Source of the DNA: the human T2T-CHM13v2.0 reference genome, Homo sapiens
Direction: 5' to 3' (one strand)
Assembly: GCF_009914755.1 (NCBI RefSeq)
Contig: NC_060928.1
Length of the DNA: 64,000 nucleotides
The notes beneath the pieces were generated by a model. That model ran no database searches, was not told where the DNA came from, and saw nothing but the letters and a program-made list of their open reading frames with translations. Position numbers and translations under genes: made by a program. How positions within the stretch are numbered: the stretch's first letter is position 1; every line of letters starts with the position of its first letter. Positions 27,141 through 43,410 of the stretch are shown piece by piece.

Positions 27141-28089
27141 CTCTTGCTCTTTAGTCATTAGAGCACAGAGACAAGGAACATAGTTGAGACAGGAATTTGG
27201 TGGAAGGGGGAATGTTAGGAGAAGAGGAATACAGAATCCTAGTCAGTCAGTAAACTAAAAAGTCTAAGCAGACAGAGAAACTGAATTTGAAGTCTATCAA
27301 AGAGACTTCCTAGGAGCCCACATGAAAGAGAAGGCTCTAAGGCTCAGGTGTGAACAGAGAGACAGTGGTTAAAAATGCCAATCCAATATGAACCCCAGGC
27401 AGGTAGATTGTCTCTCTTTGAAATCCCATGGGTCTTTTACATGTAGTGTCTTGTATTACAATTTATTTGTTCACATGACTGAAACACCCAACAGACTGTG
27501 AGTTCCTTGAAGACAGCCACCTTATTCCTCCTTATATTTTGAGTACCTGTTACTGTGCCCACCACTTACCCAAGGTTTTACTATAAATTTCTTGTTCCAT
27601 TAAAAACCCTTAGGCATAATAAATGATTGTGCAGGGACTGAGTTTCACTGTTAGAACCACTAATGAAGGCAGACCTGGAGTCAGAGAATCCAAAGTATTA
27701 ATGCGTTCAGTGAGACCATGAAAGTTCAAATCACATGAGACACCTGAGAACCTTGAGTTTGCTTTTCACAGATTTATTTTTAGGGCAATGACCCTGAACT
27801 TTGTGACCCAGACCTACTTCTACTTGGTCCCAGTAAGTTTTCATCTTCAGAAGAGCTGAGAAATAGCTCAAGCTGAATAATTGGCCATAATTTAGTCAAG
27901 GTCTTCTTTGACAGTTTGTTGACATTTACAGTCTCTAAGAGTATGATCCTGCCTGATTAGACTCAGAATACAGTCAGCCCCATTTTTAAAAGACCAACTC
28001 TTACACAAAATTATTGGCCTATTAGCTTTTCAGTATTACTCTTTGATACAATGCAAATATGAGCTTCTCAGGTAAATATTTCACACGAG

Positions 28090-28520
28090 GACTCTTATGG
28101 AGTGGCCACAAATTCTTTAATCTTCCTCCTTTCAAGAAGTGAAGCCCATGTGCTAGAATCTGGGTGGGCTTGTGGCCCCTCTAACCAATGGGGTGTAGAG
28201 GAGAAAATGCCATCTGATTTCTAAGGTGAGCTCATTAAAAAGCCATGCAGCTTCTGCCTTGTTCACCCTTGGAGCTGCCTGAGCCAGATAGAAGAATTCT
28301 GACTATCCTGAGACCACCATGCTGGAGGGTGCACAGGCAGATACTCCACCGACAATCCCCACTGAGCTGGTCCTGCAGCCATCTCAGCCCAGGAGGGACA
28401 CGTGAGAGAAGAAGCTGTCTTGGAAGTAAAACTCTAGCTCCAGTCATCCAAGTCACCCCAGCCATTTGAGTCACCCCAGCTGAGGTCCCAGAGCCACCTC
28501 ACCTTTCCAAGTTATTCACT
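28090..28520 (+). mobile_element. Old MaLR LTR (MLT1G/H-like)
   Basis: ggccacaaattcttt, tgagaccaccatgctggag, ccccagctgaggtcccaga. Confidence 0.6.
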
Positions 28521-29020
28521 ACACCTCATTTCAGACCCAGATTTATTATAACAAGTACTTGGTGTCCATAAGAAAAAAAAAAAAGTCCAAGTCCAGCTCC
28601 ACTGATAGTGGAGGAGCTGAATTCAAGACCCATAGGATTTGAGCTGAACTTCCTGGGTCTCAGGGGCACTAAGATAGACAAACCCAGCAGAGATGTGGGC
28701 CTTGGGAGTCCATCTTTCTGAGCATTCTTATGCACCGATACTATCTCCAGCTTCATTTTATTCTTGATTTTCTTTCCCTCTGTCCCATTTTCTTCACGTT
28801 ATATAAATGAATTTTCCTAAGCCATTTTCAATCTTTTTGAAAATCAAAGTAAAGTATAAATACACAAAGTTATGTTAAAAAGATGTTGAAGAAAACAGCA
28901 GTCCAATCAATTTTTGTTGAATTAACTCATTCATTAAAGGTAAAAGCAATGATAAAGTCCTATCTTTCTCTCTATTCTTAGGATAGGTGCTGTCTTACTT
29001 TTTTTTTTTTACTGACAAGA

Positions 29021-29420
29021 TGCTACAGATTGAATATTTGTGTCCCCCCAAGATTCCTATGTTGAAATCCTAACCCCAAAGTGATGGTATTAAGAGTATC
29101 TAGTGGTGGGGCCTTTGGTAGGTGATTAGGTCACGGGGGCTCTGCCAATTTATTTATGTGCACAAATTAAAAGGGCACAATAGTATTAGTGCCCTTATAA
29201 AAGGGACCCCAGAGAACTCCCTCACTCCTTCCATGATGTAAGGACACATCAACACATCAAGGAGATGCCTGTCTATATGAACCAGGAAGCAGGCCCTCAT
29301 CAGATACCAAATTTTCTGACACCTTGATCTTGGGCTTCCCAGCCTCCAGAACTGTGAGAAATAAATGTCTATTGTTTATAATCCACCTATTCTATGGTAG
29401 TTTGTTATAGCAGCCCAAAC
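29021..29420 (+). mobile_element. MLT1A0-like MaLR LTR
   Basis: tgctacagattgaatatttgtgtccccc...ttcccagcctccagaactgtgagaaataaat...gttatagcagcccaaac. Confidence 0.85.
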
Positions 29421-30049
29421 ATAAGGGATAATATCCCAGAATAAGGGATAATAATAACAAACAACTTGTTTTATTTCTCAGATTGATGAATACAATCTGG
29501 AAGTTGGTAAGGGGTGTTCAACTTATCTGTGATACATTGGCAACATGGAATATTAAGGAACTCCATAGGTAACATGTAATTGACCTGAAGGGATGTTTTG
29601 AAGGTGTGGAAATACAAAAAGTAAACTATAACCTTGTGCATATGGTGAGATCCGATTTGGAAAAAAAATAATAATAACACCAGCCAAAGCACACACATAT
29701 GCACATGAACATGTAGAAATACGTGAAAGGATTCCCACCAGATTGTTAGCATTTGTCATTTGGGGACCCAGAGATGGGAAGTGCAGGGGGTAAATGAGGT
29801 GAAAAGATTTTAATAGCTCATTTTGCCTTTATTTTCCTTTATACTGTTTCACTTATTGCACTAAGTTCACATTACTCTTGCAATTTTTGAAGAGAAATTA
29901 AAGGGGGAAGGTTGTTATTTTTTTTAACGCCTTAGAACATGCATTTTTTCCCCTCTTTCCCTTATCCTCCCATGGTAATGTCTATTGATCTACTCTTAGC
30001 ATCCTACGTGCTACAGCACATGATTTAGAATTTGAAATTCTTTTCACTT

Positions 30050-30373
30050 TTAAATAACTTTATTGAGATATATAATTTACATATAATAAAATCTGCCTAT
30101 TGTAAGTGATTTTTAGTAAATTTATAGAACTGTGCAGTCAAACCCACAATACAATTTTAGGATATTTCCATCACCTGGCAAAATTCCCTTGTGGCTATTT
30201 GCAGTAAATTACTCCCACATATGCCCAGAGCTTCTGTCTCTATAAATTTGTCTTTTCTACGTATTTCATTACAATGGAATTTTACAATATGTAGTCTTTT
30301 AATTCTGGCTTCTTTCAGGAATCATAATGTTTTTGAGGTCCTCCATGTTGCAGCATGTATCAGTAATCTGTTC

Positions 30374-30405
<32 letters not shown>

Positions 30406-30832
30406 CTTGAGACAGAGTCTCGCTCTGCTGCTCTGTCACCCAGGCTGGAGTGCAGTGGCGCGATCTTGGCTCAAGCAACTTCTGCCTCTCGGGTTCAAGC
30501 AATTCTCCTGCCTCAGCCTCCCAAGTAGCTGGGATTCAGGTGCCCACCACCACACCTGGCTAATTTTTTTTATTTTTCATAGAGATGGGGTTTCGCCATG
30601 TTGGCCTGCCTGGTCTCAAATTTCTGACCCCAGGTGATCTGCCCGCCTCAGCCTCCCAAAGTGCTGGGGTTACAGGCATGAGCTACCGTGCCCAGCAATC
30701 TGTTCCTTTTTATTGCTAGTTTTTAATTTTATAGATATATCACCTTGTTTAATCTTTTCACCGCTTGATGACATTTGGGTTGTTTCCACTTTTTTGGCTA
30801 TTATTAATACTGCTGCTGTGAACATTTGTGTA
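30050..30832 (-). mobile_element. Old L1M 3' end (reverse) split by an Alu
   Basis: aactttattgagatata, ccatgttgcagcatgtatcagta, tgctgctgtgaacatttgtgtaca. Confidence 0.8.
30374..30696 (-). mobile_element. AluSx-like
   Basis: Reverse Alu. TSD aatctgttc. Confidence 0.93.
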
Positions 30833-31999
30833 CATACACCTACTATGTACCCACAAAACTGGAATTTGAAATTTCAACAAAGAAGGTGTGAGGTTATTGA
30901 TAGACAAGAGGGGTCATTTTATAAGTGATCGAGGCACAATTCATTATATACATGTTGAGCCACTGAGAGCTCCTCTAACACACCATGTTTTGGTACATAG
31001 CTAGTAAGTGAAAAATTAGGTAGCCCCTGAGTACTTATTTAAATTATCTGCCTCTTTTGGATAAATGCATGGAAAAATTCTAACATTTACAGTTTGTTAA
31101 AACCTGTAAACAAATACCCAATTAGCAGCAATCTCATTGAGACTATCAGAAGCTGAAAGAAACCACACTCAACTTCATAACTCAAGTAGAATTCCCCTTG
31201 CGAAAAAAAAAAAAAATCCATGGTAGTACTGGACTCAATACACAATTTTGCTACCAGGTAACCAACAACAAAAAAAACAGTTTGCATAAGGTCAACTATC
31301 TCTAAACACAAATTCACAGTTTTGGCAAATATTCTCCAAGGTTTAATTGGTTTATATCAAACAACTCCAAACAGCATGTCAGTCATTTTTATTAGTAAGG
31401 GGCACATTTCACAAGTAATTTTCTCTAGAGGGTTCACTGAGAAGCTTTCAAACTCAGACATTTCTCAGATGGATTTCTGAGATTTTTCTCGGGGTAATTC
31501 TGCTTTGAAAATCTTCCAGGCTAAAATTGCCAAAGCCACGGTCTACAGTGTAGACCTTTGGAACTTTGTTGATTGATCTGCCCCTATCCTGGAGCAGACC
31601 CAGAATTGTATTCTGAGAAAAATCTATTAACTGTCTATAGTGCTCCTAGGCCTTCTCCATGCAGAGGTAGGCCAATGTCTATTCAAGACAAAGTCTAGCT
31701 TAGGCACCTTAATTTTCATAAGGGGACATTAACCTTTTTCTCTTTGCTCAATTGATCTCTAAAATACATACTTTTTGAAGTATATTAGCTTTATAATACA
31801 TGTGCTTCAATCATAACACCAAATAATTGCTGTAAGGCATTTTTCAGATAATAAAATACCTGACAGTCACTACCCAGCTTTTATCAAAAGACGTAAGAAA
31901 TAATATTCATAGAGAATCCATAATTAATTCATAATTCAAGGAGATAAAGTCTACCCAGCCCAACAAATAGTTTAGATTTTTATCCCTGGATCAATCCAG

Positions 32000-33850
<1,851 letters not shown>

Positions 33851-34838
33851 TTGTATTACTCTGGATTAAGCTCTTGGAACTCATTTCTCATAAGTTTTTA
33901 AAATCTTGATAACCACTGATGAGAGAATACACCAAATAAGTATTTTGGCAATTAGTCTTCCTATTTCACTAGCAATTGTGTTTAGATAAAAATCATTATA
34001 ATTACATCTTAAGCATCTTGTAATACATTAGACTTACAAAACTGCAAACACTATACTAGATATTATGTATGTATATATTATATTATATTATATAGATCAT
34101 ATACATTATGTGATACTAAATGCCAAAATTTTACTTGATGTTTTGAAGTGCTTAGTGTTGTTCAATGCTTACTTTAGCCAGCTGTTATGTTTTCAGACAG
34201 TGATTTGCTTTAGTCTTCTCTTCCTTGCAGAATCATAAGGAACCTTAGCTTATGAGAGCAGTTTCTTCAAGAATCTGCTTATTAGAGTAAATAGAATGAA
34301 TTTCATTTCGTACAGTTACTACTACAACATTTGATGATACCAAAAGCAAAGTGAAACCTGAAGCATGCTCACATAATAAATTACAAAATTTTCCATATGA
34401 AGCATTCTTTATTTTCTGAACCCAAAGCTCTGTGTCCCTTTGTAATGAATCAGCATCTCAGGCAAATGTTCTTGTGAGGAGGCAAATTTTTCCCACTGGA
34501 TTTAGCACTTAAAACAGAAGTTGTCCCCACCACCACCACACTTTCTAAATACAAAGAGCCCTGTTATAAGATAGTCTCATCTGAGTTGTTTTTCTTTTTT
34601 CTTTTAGATTATGTGGGAAATGTGTTGCATATTTGCATTTAGTATTTGTGCAAATGTTTTAAACCTTTTTCTCCGTGTTGAAGCTGGTTTCGGTTATAGT
34701 TATCCGAATAAGGGGGGGAAAGAGGTGAAAGGACAATATAGTTTAAAGTATTTAAAGCCCTAAAACTTCACAAACCAGGAATTAAATATAAAGGTATTCG
34801 AGTTTTTTCTGACTTATGAAAATTTAAAGAGCAGTACC

Positions 34839-35201
<363 letters not shown>

Positions 35202-35307
35202 CTAAAAAGGAAAATAATGTATTTGCCACATTTAACAAACACTTATGGACCAAGATAAAACAGATAGCCCATAAATTTGGCGTTGTCCCTTTAATGTACA
35301 TGTCTAT

Positions 35308-35394
35308 AGTGCCACCATGTGGTACTACCGGTGTTGTAAATATTTCTAAATACAGTAATTCAGATATTCTGAAAGTTAGACACTAGATGGCAGT
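35308..35394. promoter_or_regulatory. Two divergent CTCF-like motifs
   Basis: Minus strand ccacatggtggcact (35308-35322) and plus strand acactagatggcagt (35380-35394), compared with the CCASYAGRKGGCRS core. Confidence 0.45.
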
Positions 35395-38300
35395 ATATTT
35401 CCCTTTAAAATTGTTTATTCATGTTCAAAGGCAGTATCTATTTTTTATGGTATAACTTTGTTGAAAAGTAAAAAAAATTACTACAGTTTTTAAAATAATA
35501 TGCTTTGTAACATAGACTGATTGCATTAAAAAGTATGCTTTTAATCATCATTTATTTCTCAAATAGAAGCAAAATATTAAAATAACTACTTGCTTCCTTT
35601 ATTAGCATGCCCAACCTAGGCAAAAGAATCTCACCAATTTTTTCTTCTTCTACTAAAGTCCTGTGATTAGCACAGTAGGATCCAACTGTATTCATTCTAT
35701 ATAATTACTAATTAACAAAATTTTACTAAGTAAAGACTTAGAGGCAGAAAAAACAATGAGAAATTTAGGCAACGAGTCAGCTTAGGTTCATTTATGTACT
35801 GTCTTCAATGGCTAAAGAAGAAATATTGGCAGGGGAGGGCTATGACTTTCATTCTATCTCCCTTTTATCCTGCTTCTGAGGCTAAGGGCTCTTCCTAATT
35901 TATCCTGGCAATCAGAAAGAAATACTCTATGCCATCCTGAAATACAAATCCAAGATGCATTGTTCAGGAGGTTTTCCTAGTTGGAAACAGCAAGTGCTAC
36001 ATGATATATCAGCATCCAACAGAGCCATGGCTTTTTGTATAGAAATTTGTCTTTTCCTTAATATAAACAAAATCCAGATCTTCCAAAACTGTCAAAGGAT
36101 CACCAGGCACACAAAAAACGTTAGCAGGAGCATGAAGCCCCAACTCTAGTTAATGTATTAATTTCTCCTTTGGGCTCTTGCTTCTGACATCTGCCTCTAC
36201 TAGGTAGGTATGAGACAAGAAGTAAAGGAATGCTCATTTACCTTTAATATCCTAGCCCATTTTTGGACAGAGACCCTGCCTTTAACACCAATAAGCAAAA
36301 CTACAACAGAGCTAGCATATTTAAATGAGACTTAACTAAATAAAAAGGAATAACTATAGATTGCTTGATAGAAACAGAATTACATTAGTTCCATCAGAAC
36401 TAGTTTCCTGATAGTTTTTATAATTAATATGTAAAAATATTTAACTATCCCCTTGATTTTTGAGTACTCACTGGGAGAAAATTAAACCATGTCCTTTCCC
36501 TGGAATGATTCTAATTCCTCACAAGAAAAAACTTGAGCTTGGAAACCTTGAGTCTTGATAGAATTTGATTACCTTTGAGATAGCATTGGGGGTGGAAGGT
36601 GGCAAGGAAATAGCCTTTTTGTGCTTTGGAACTAAAAATATGTAGAAGTGATCTTCACCAATAACCCTCTCCTCACACATATGCAGAAAATCAGGACTTT
36701 GGGAAGGTACATGAGGCAAGTGGGCTAAATTGTTTGAAAAGGGGCCTGTCATAATGGGTGGAGGGGTAAATGGCTGAGCTCAAGTACTCGAGTCCTCCAA
36801 GAAGAAGAGGGAGGACCAGGCTGCATGTTCCCACCCACTCCCATACAGATGGTGACCAAAACTTCACCCCCAAATTGAACAACACTCCTGAACAACCAAA
36901 GGGTCAAAGAAGAAATTTTAAAAAATAACTTGAGACAAACAAAAATGGCAACACAACATACCAAAACTTATCAGATGCAGCAAAAGCAGTTCTAAGAGAG
37001 AAGTTTATAGTGACAAATGCCAACATTAAGAAAAAGGAAAGTTCTCAGATAAACAGTCGAACTTTATACCTCAAGGTATAGAAAAGAATACCTTGAGGAA
37101 CTAGAAAAAAAAAGAATAAACCAAACCCAAAGGTAGTAGAAGAAAGGAAATAATAAAGATTAGAGCAGAAATAAATGAAATAGAGACTAGAATAACAATA
37201 GAAAAGATCAACAAACTAAATGTTTTTTGAAAAGTTAAACAAATTTGACAAACCTTTAGCCAGACTAACCAAGAGAAAAAGAGAATACTCAAATAAAATT
37301 ACAAGTGAAAAAGGAGGCATTACAATTAATACCACAGAAAGGCGAAAGGTGATGAGGCCACTATGAAAAATTATACACCGAATTGGATAACCTAGAAGAA
37401 ATGGATAAATTCTTTTTAATATAAAACTTACCAAGACAGAATTAGGAAGAAATAGAAACTCTGAACAGACCAATACCAAGTAAGAAAATTGAATTACTGA
37501 TAAAAAAAAAAAAATGTCCCACCAAAGAAAAGCCCAGTACCTGATGGCTTCACTGGTAAAATCTGCCAAACATTTAAAGAATAATTAATGCCAATTCTTC
37601 TCAAACTCTTTTAAAAATTTAAGAGAAGGAAACACTTCCAAAATTATTTTATGAGACCAACATTACCCTGTACTGAAGCCAGACAAAGAAATTATTTTAA
37701 AAAATTACAGGCCAATATCCCTGATTAATATAGATGCAAAAATCCTCAACACAAATAATACTAGCAAACTGAATTCAACAGGACATTAAAATGATCACAT
37801 ACCACAATCAAGTGGGATTTATCCCTGGCATGCAAAGATGGTTCAACATATGTAAATCAATCAGTGTAATACACCACATTAACAGAATGAAGGATAAAAA
37901 TCATATAATCATATAATCATCTCAATAAATGCAGAAAAAGTATTTCACAAAACACGACATCATTTCATCATAAAAGCTATCAACAAATTAGGCAGAGAAA
38001 GAAAGTACCTCAACACAATGAAGACCATAAATGTCAAACCTGCAAATAATACACTCAATGATGAAAGCTGAAAGCTTTTCCGCAAAGATTAAGAACAGAG
38101 TAAGGGTGCCCACTATCACTACTTATATTTAACATAGTACTGGAAATCAGAGCTAGCGCAATGGGTCAAAAAAAAATAAACAAAAAGCATCCAAATTACA
38201 AACATAGATGTAAAATTATGTGGTTGCAAATGATATGATCTTATATGGAAAAAGCCCTAAAACTCCACCAAAAAAGTATTAAACTAATAAACAAATGCAG

Positions 38301-39012
38301 TAAAGTTTCAGAATACAAAGTCAATATACAAAAGTCAGTTGCATTTTTATACCCTAACAATGAACTATCAAAAAAGAAGTTAAAAAAATCCCATTTACAA
38401 AATCAACAAGAAGAATAAAAATACTTGGGAAGAAATGTATCCAAAGAGGTGAAAGATCTGCACACTGAAAATTATAAATCACTGATGAAAGAAATTCAAG
38501 AAGAAACAAAAAAAAGAAAGATATCCCATGTTAATATCAATATTGTTAAAATGTCCACACTACCAAAAGCAATATACAGATTCAATGCAATCCCTATAAA
38601 AATGCCAATGGCATTTTTACATGAATAGAAAAATCAATTCTAAAATTCATCTGAAATCACAAAAAAACCCTGAATAGCCACACAATCTTGAGGAAGAACA
38701 AAGCTGGAGGCATCATATTTCCTGATTTCAAAATATATTGTAAAGCTTCAGTAATCAAAACAGTATGGTACTAGCATAAAAGCAGACATATAAACCAATG
38801 GAACAAAATAAAGAGTACGGAAATAAATCCATGCATTTATGGTCAACTGCAAAGGTGCCAAACACACCTTTGTGAAAGAATAGTCTCTTTAATAAATGAT
38901 GTCAGGAAAACTGGATATCTACATGCAGAAAAATAAAATTGTACCCTTATCTCACACTATATACAAAAATCAACTCAAAATGGATTAAAGATTTGAAGCT
39001 ATAAAACTGCTA

Positions 39013-39436
<424 letters not shown>

Positions 39437-39748
39437 TTAAAAAGCTCTGCACAGCAAAAGAAACAACAGAGTGAAGAGATAATGTATGGAATGGGAGAAA
39501 ATAAATGAAAATCATACATCTGATAAGGGCTTAATATCCAAAATATGTAAGAAACTCAAACAACTCAACAGTAAAAACAAAAAACCCCAATATGAAAATG
39601 GGCAAAGGACTTGAATAAACAGTTCTCAAAGAAGTATAAATGGCCAACAGGTATATGAAAAAAATGCTCAGCATTACTAATCATCAAAGGAATATAAACC
39701 AAATGCATAATGAGATAACACCTCACAACTGCTAAAATGGCCATTATA

Positions 39749-40276
<528 letters not shown>

Positions 40277-41183
40277 TCAAGGAGACATCTGCACACATAT
40301 GATATTGCAACATTATTCACAATAGCTAAGATATAGAATCAACCTAAGTGCCCATAAATGGATAAAGAAAATGTGGTATTATACACAATGGAATACTATT
40401 CAGCCATTAAAAATGAGGGAAATTCTGCCTTTTGCAACAACGAGGATGAACCTGGCAAACATTATGCTAAGTGAAATATGCCAGACACATAAAGACAAAT
40501 GCTACATGATCATACTCATATGTGGAATATAAACAAGTTGATTTCATGGAAGTAGAGAATAGAGAGGTGGTTGCCGGGGACTGGGGGATGGGCGAAAGGG
40601 GAAGATGTTGGCCAAAGGGTACAAGGTTTCAGATATGTAGGATGAATAAATTCTGAAAATCTAATGTACAGCATGGTGACTATACTTAATGTACTGTATA
40701 CTTGAAATTTGCCAAAAGAGGAGATCTTAAGTGTTCTCACCACACACACGCACACGCACACAAACACAAAATGGTCACTATGTGAGGTGATGAATATGCT
40801 AATTATCTTGATTGTGGTTAACCATTTCACAATATATAAGTGTATTAAAACATCATATTGTATACCCTAAGTCTATGTGATTTTTATTTGTCAATTATAA
40901 CTCAACAAAGCTGGAAAGAAAAGACCCAAATATAGGCCCCTAGATATGGCAGAACATCATATATAGAATGCATCATGGGAGCTTTGGCCCTGGTAGTGGG
41001 CCTGGGAGCCTCAGCAGAAATCTCTGTGCCTGGCTTTACCACAAGAGAGGAAGTCACAGACAATACCTCCTCTCTTTGCCTGGACTGCAGGACTATCCTG
41101 GGCAATAAAAACTGATAGCAACAATACAGACTGCGTGGGAGCTTCCCCCCATTTTTCTGGGTGAGTGAGGCCTAGGTTTCTCA

Positions 41184-41530
<347 letters not shown>

Positions 41531-41750
41531 CATATATATGTTGAACTTCTTGTCCGTGCTAAGGAATGGAGGGATGAACCAGACAAATAGTAGGGAAATG
41601 TGACATTTAAAAATACTGAGTGTAAACTGAGCAATGTCATTCTTTACATAGATAATATAGCTCACACATTATGATGTGCACGGCTTGAAGCCTGGCTGAA
41701 TCAAGGCTCTAGGATCCAAGTAAGTGACAGGCACTATCGTAGAACTCACC

Positions 41751-42120
41751 AGATATGATTTGGATATTTGTCCTCCCCAAATCTCATGTTGAAATGTAAT
41801 CACCAAGGTTGGAGGTGGGGCCGGCTGGGAGGTGCTCAGGTCATGGGGGCAGATCCATCATGTCTTGGTGTCGACTTTGTGATAATGAGTAAGTTCTTAC
41901 GAGATCTGGTTATTTAAAATTGTAGGGCACCTCCCCGCACCTTGCTCCCACTCTCGCCATGTGATGTGCTTGCAAAGCTCCCTGAGGCCCCTGAGAAGCC
42001 CAGCCAAGATGCTGGTGCCATGCTTGTACAGCCTGCAGAACCAAGAGCCAATTAAACCTCTTTTCTTTATAAATGACCCAGTCTCGGGTATTTATAGCAA
42101 CACAAAAATGGCCTAACACA
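41751..42120 (+). mobile_element. MSTB-like MaLR solo LTR (internally shortened)
   Basis: aaatctcatgttgaaatgtaat...tttatagcaacacaaaaatggcctaacaca. TSD tcacc/ccacc. Confidence 0.85.
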
Positions 42121-43279
42121 CCACCTCTCCTAAGTACAAACACAGTATCTCTGAATTTTTTAGACTAAGAGATTAAGACCCAGAAGAACAGGAAAATTTC
42201 TTTTTCCCACCCATGTTAGTCGAGTTCGAAGAGGGGAATTTCTTCTTCCAACCATTGTTAGTCCAGTTCCCAGCTAAGAATCTCCTCTTCTCCGAGTGGC
42301 TGACCTCAGGGATTAGCACTCCCTTGACCAGAGATGATGTCTACCCACAGGGGTGTGGCCTCCTAGTCTCTACAAAGTCTCACAATAAAACTGACTAACC
42401 ACCTTTACTCACACAGAAGACAGACAAAAACAGTATACAAATGTGTATTTTGTTATATCCCCAAATCCCATTGTTACAGTGTGACACAGCATAATAATTA
42501 TTAAATATTTTCCTTTTCAGAGGAACACTTCTTATTCTAATCTTTAGTTCACCCTGCAGTAATGTTGGGGAACAGCTGTGGAAAGAGGAAATAATCCTTC
42601 TGTTCCCCACCCCACCACCTCTATCACTATTAAACACATTTTTGTTTTCAGATTCACGAATTTCTGAACATGTATTCTCCATACAGTTTTACAAAGTGAC
42701 TCTTTTTTTCAGCTCTTGAAATTAATACCTCTTGAATTTAGTATGCAAACATATGCAAGTATTCTGGAAATGCAACAGACCCCAGATGACTAGCTAAAGC
42801 TTAGAGACTGTATGACAAAGCACTTTGAGCTCCCCAGACACATCAGGGCCTTCCCAGAGAGTGGTCTTCCCATGCTTGTAGAGTTGGGTTAACATTTCCT
42901 TTGGGTAATTTGAATACTTCAACTTCCTCAGGCTGCAGGTCCTAAAGCCTTTTGTATACAGGAAGAATGGTTTACTACTTCTTTGAGTTCTGGCTTATTA
43001 ATTATAGCAATTATTTTGTTCACCTATACAGCATGTCAAACTGTTATTTATCTGCTTAATCAGCACATCAGGAAATAAAAAGCCATTGCCTGTGTAAGAA
43101 ATACTGACCTGATGAAATATCTTGGAGGCATTCCTCAGTACCAATTAAAATAATAGACATTGTCACATGGTGCAATTATTTTCCAGAAAACAGCTGACGT
43201 GTACACACTAAGCTTGGCAAAATTCCTGGCTAATTTCGCAAGAATGTTTATTCCAAACTGAGATCATCTTTTTAAAAAA

Positions 43280-43410
43280 AGAAAAAAGACACAGACAAAG
43301 AGGGTAAGGAGGGAGGGGGAGATGAAAGTGGAGAGGCAGAAAAGGAAGGGTAGGAGACAGAAAGGAAGGAAGGGTCGAAGGGAGGGAGGAAGAAAACAAA
43401 TAAGGAAGGG
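43280..43410. repeat. GA-rich polypurine tract
   Basis: Visible directly. Confidence 0.7.
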
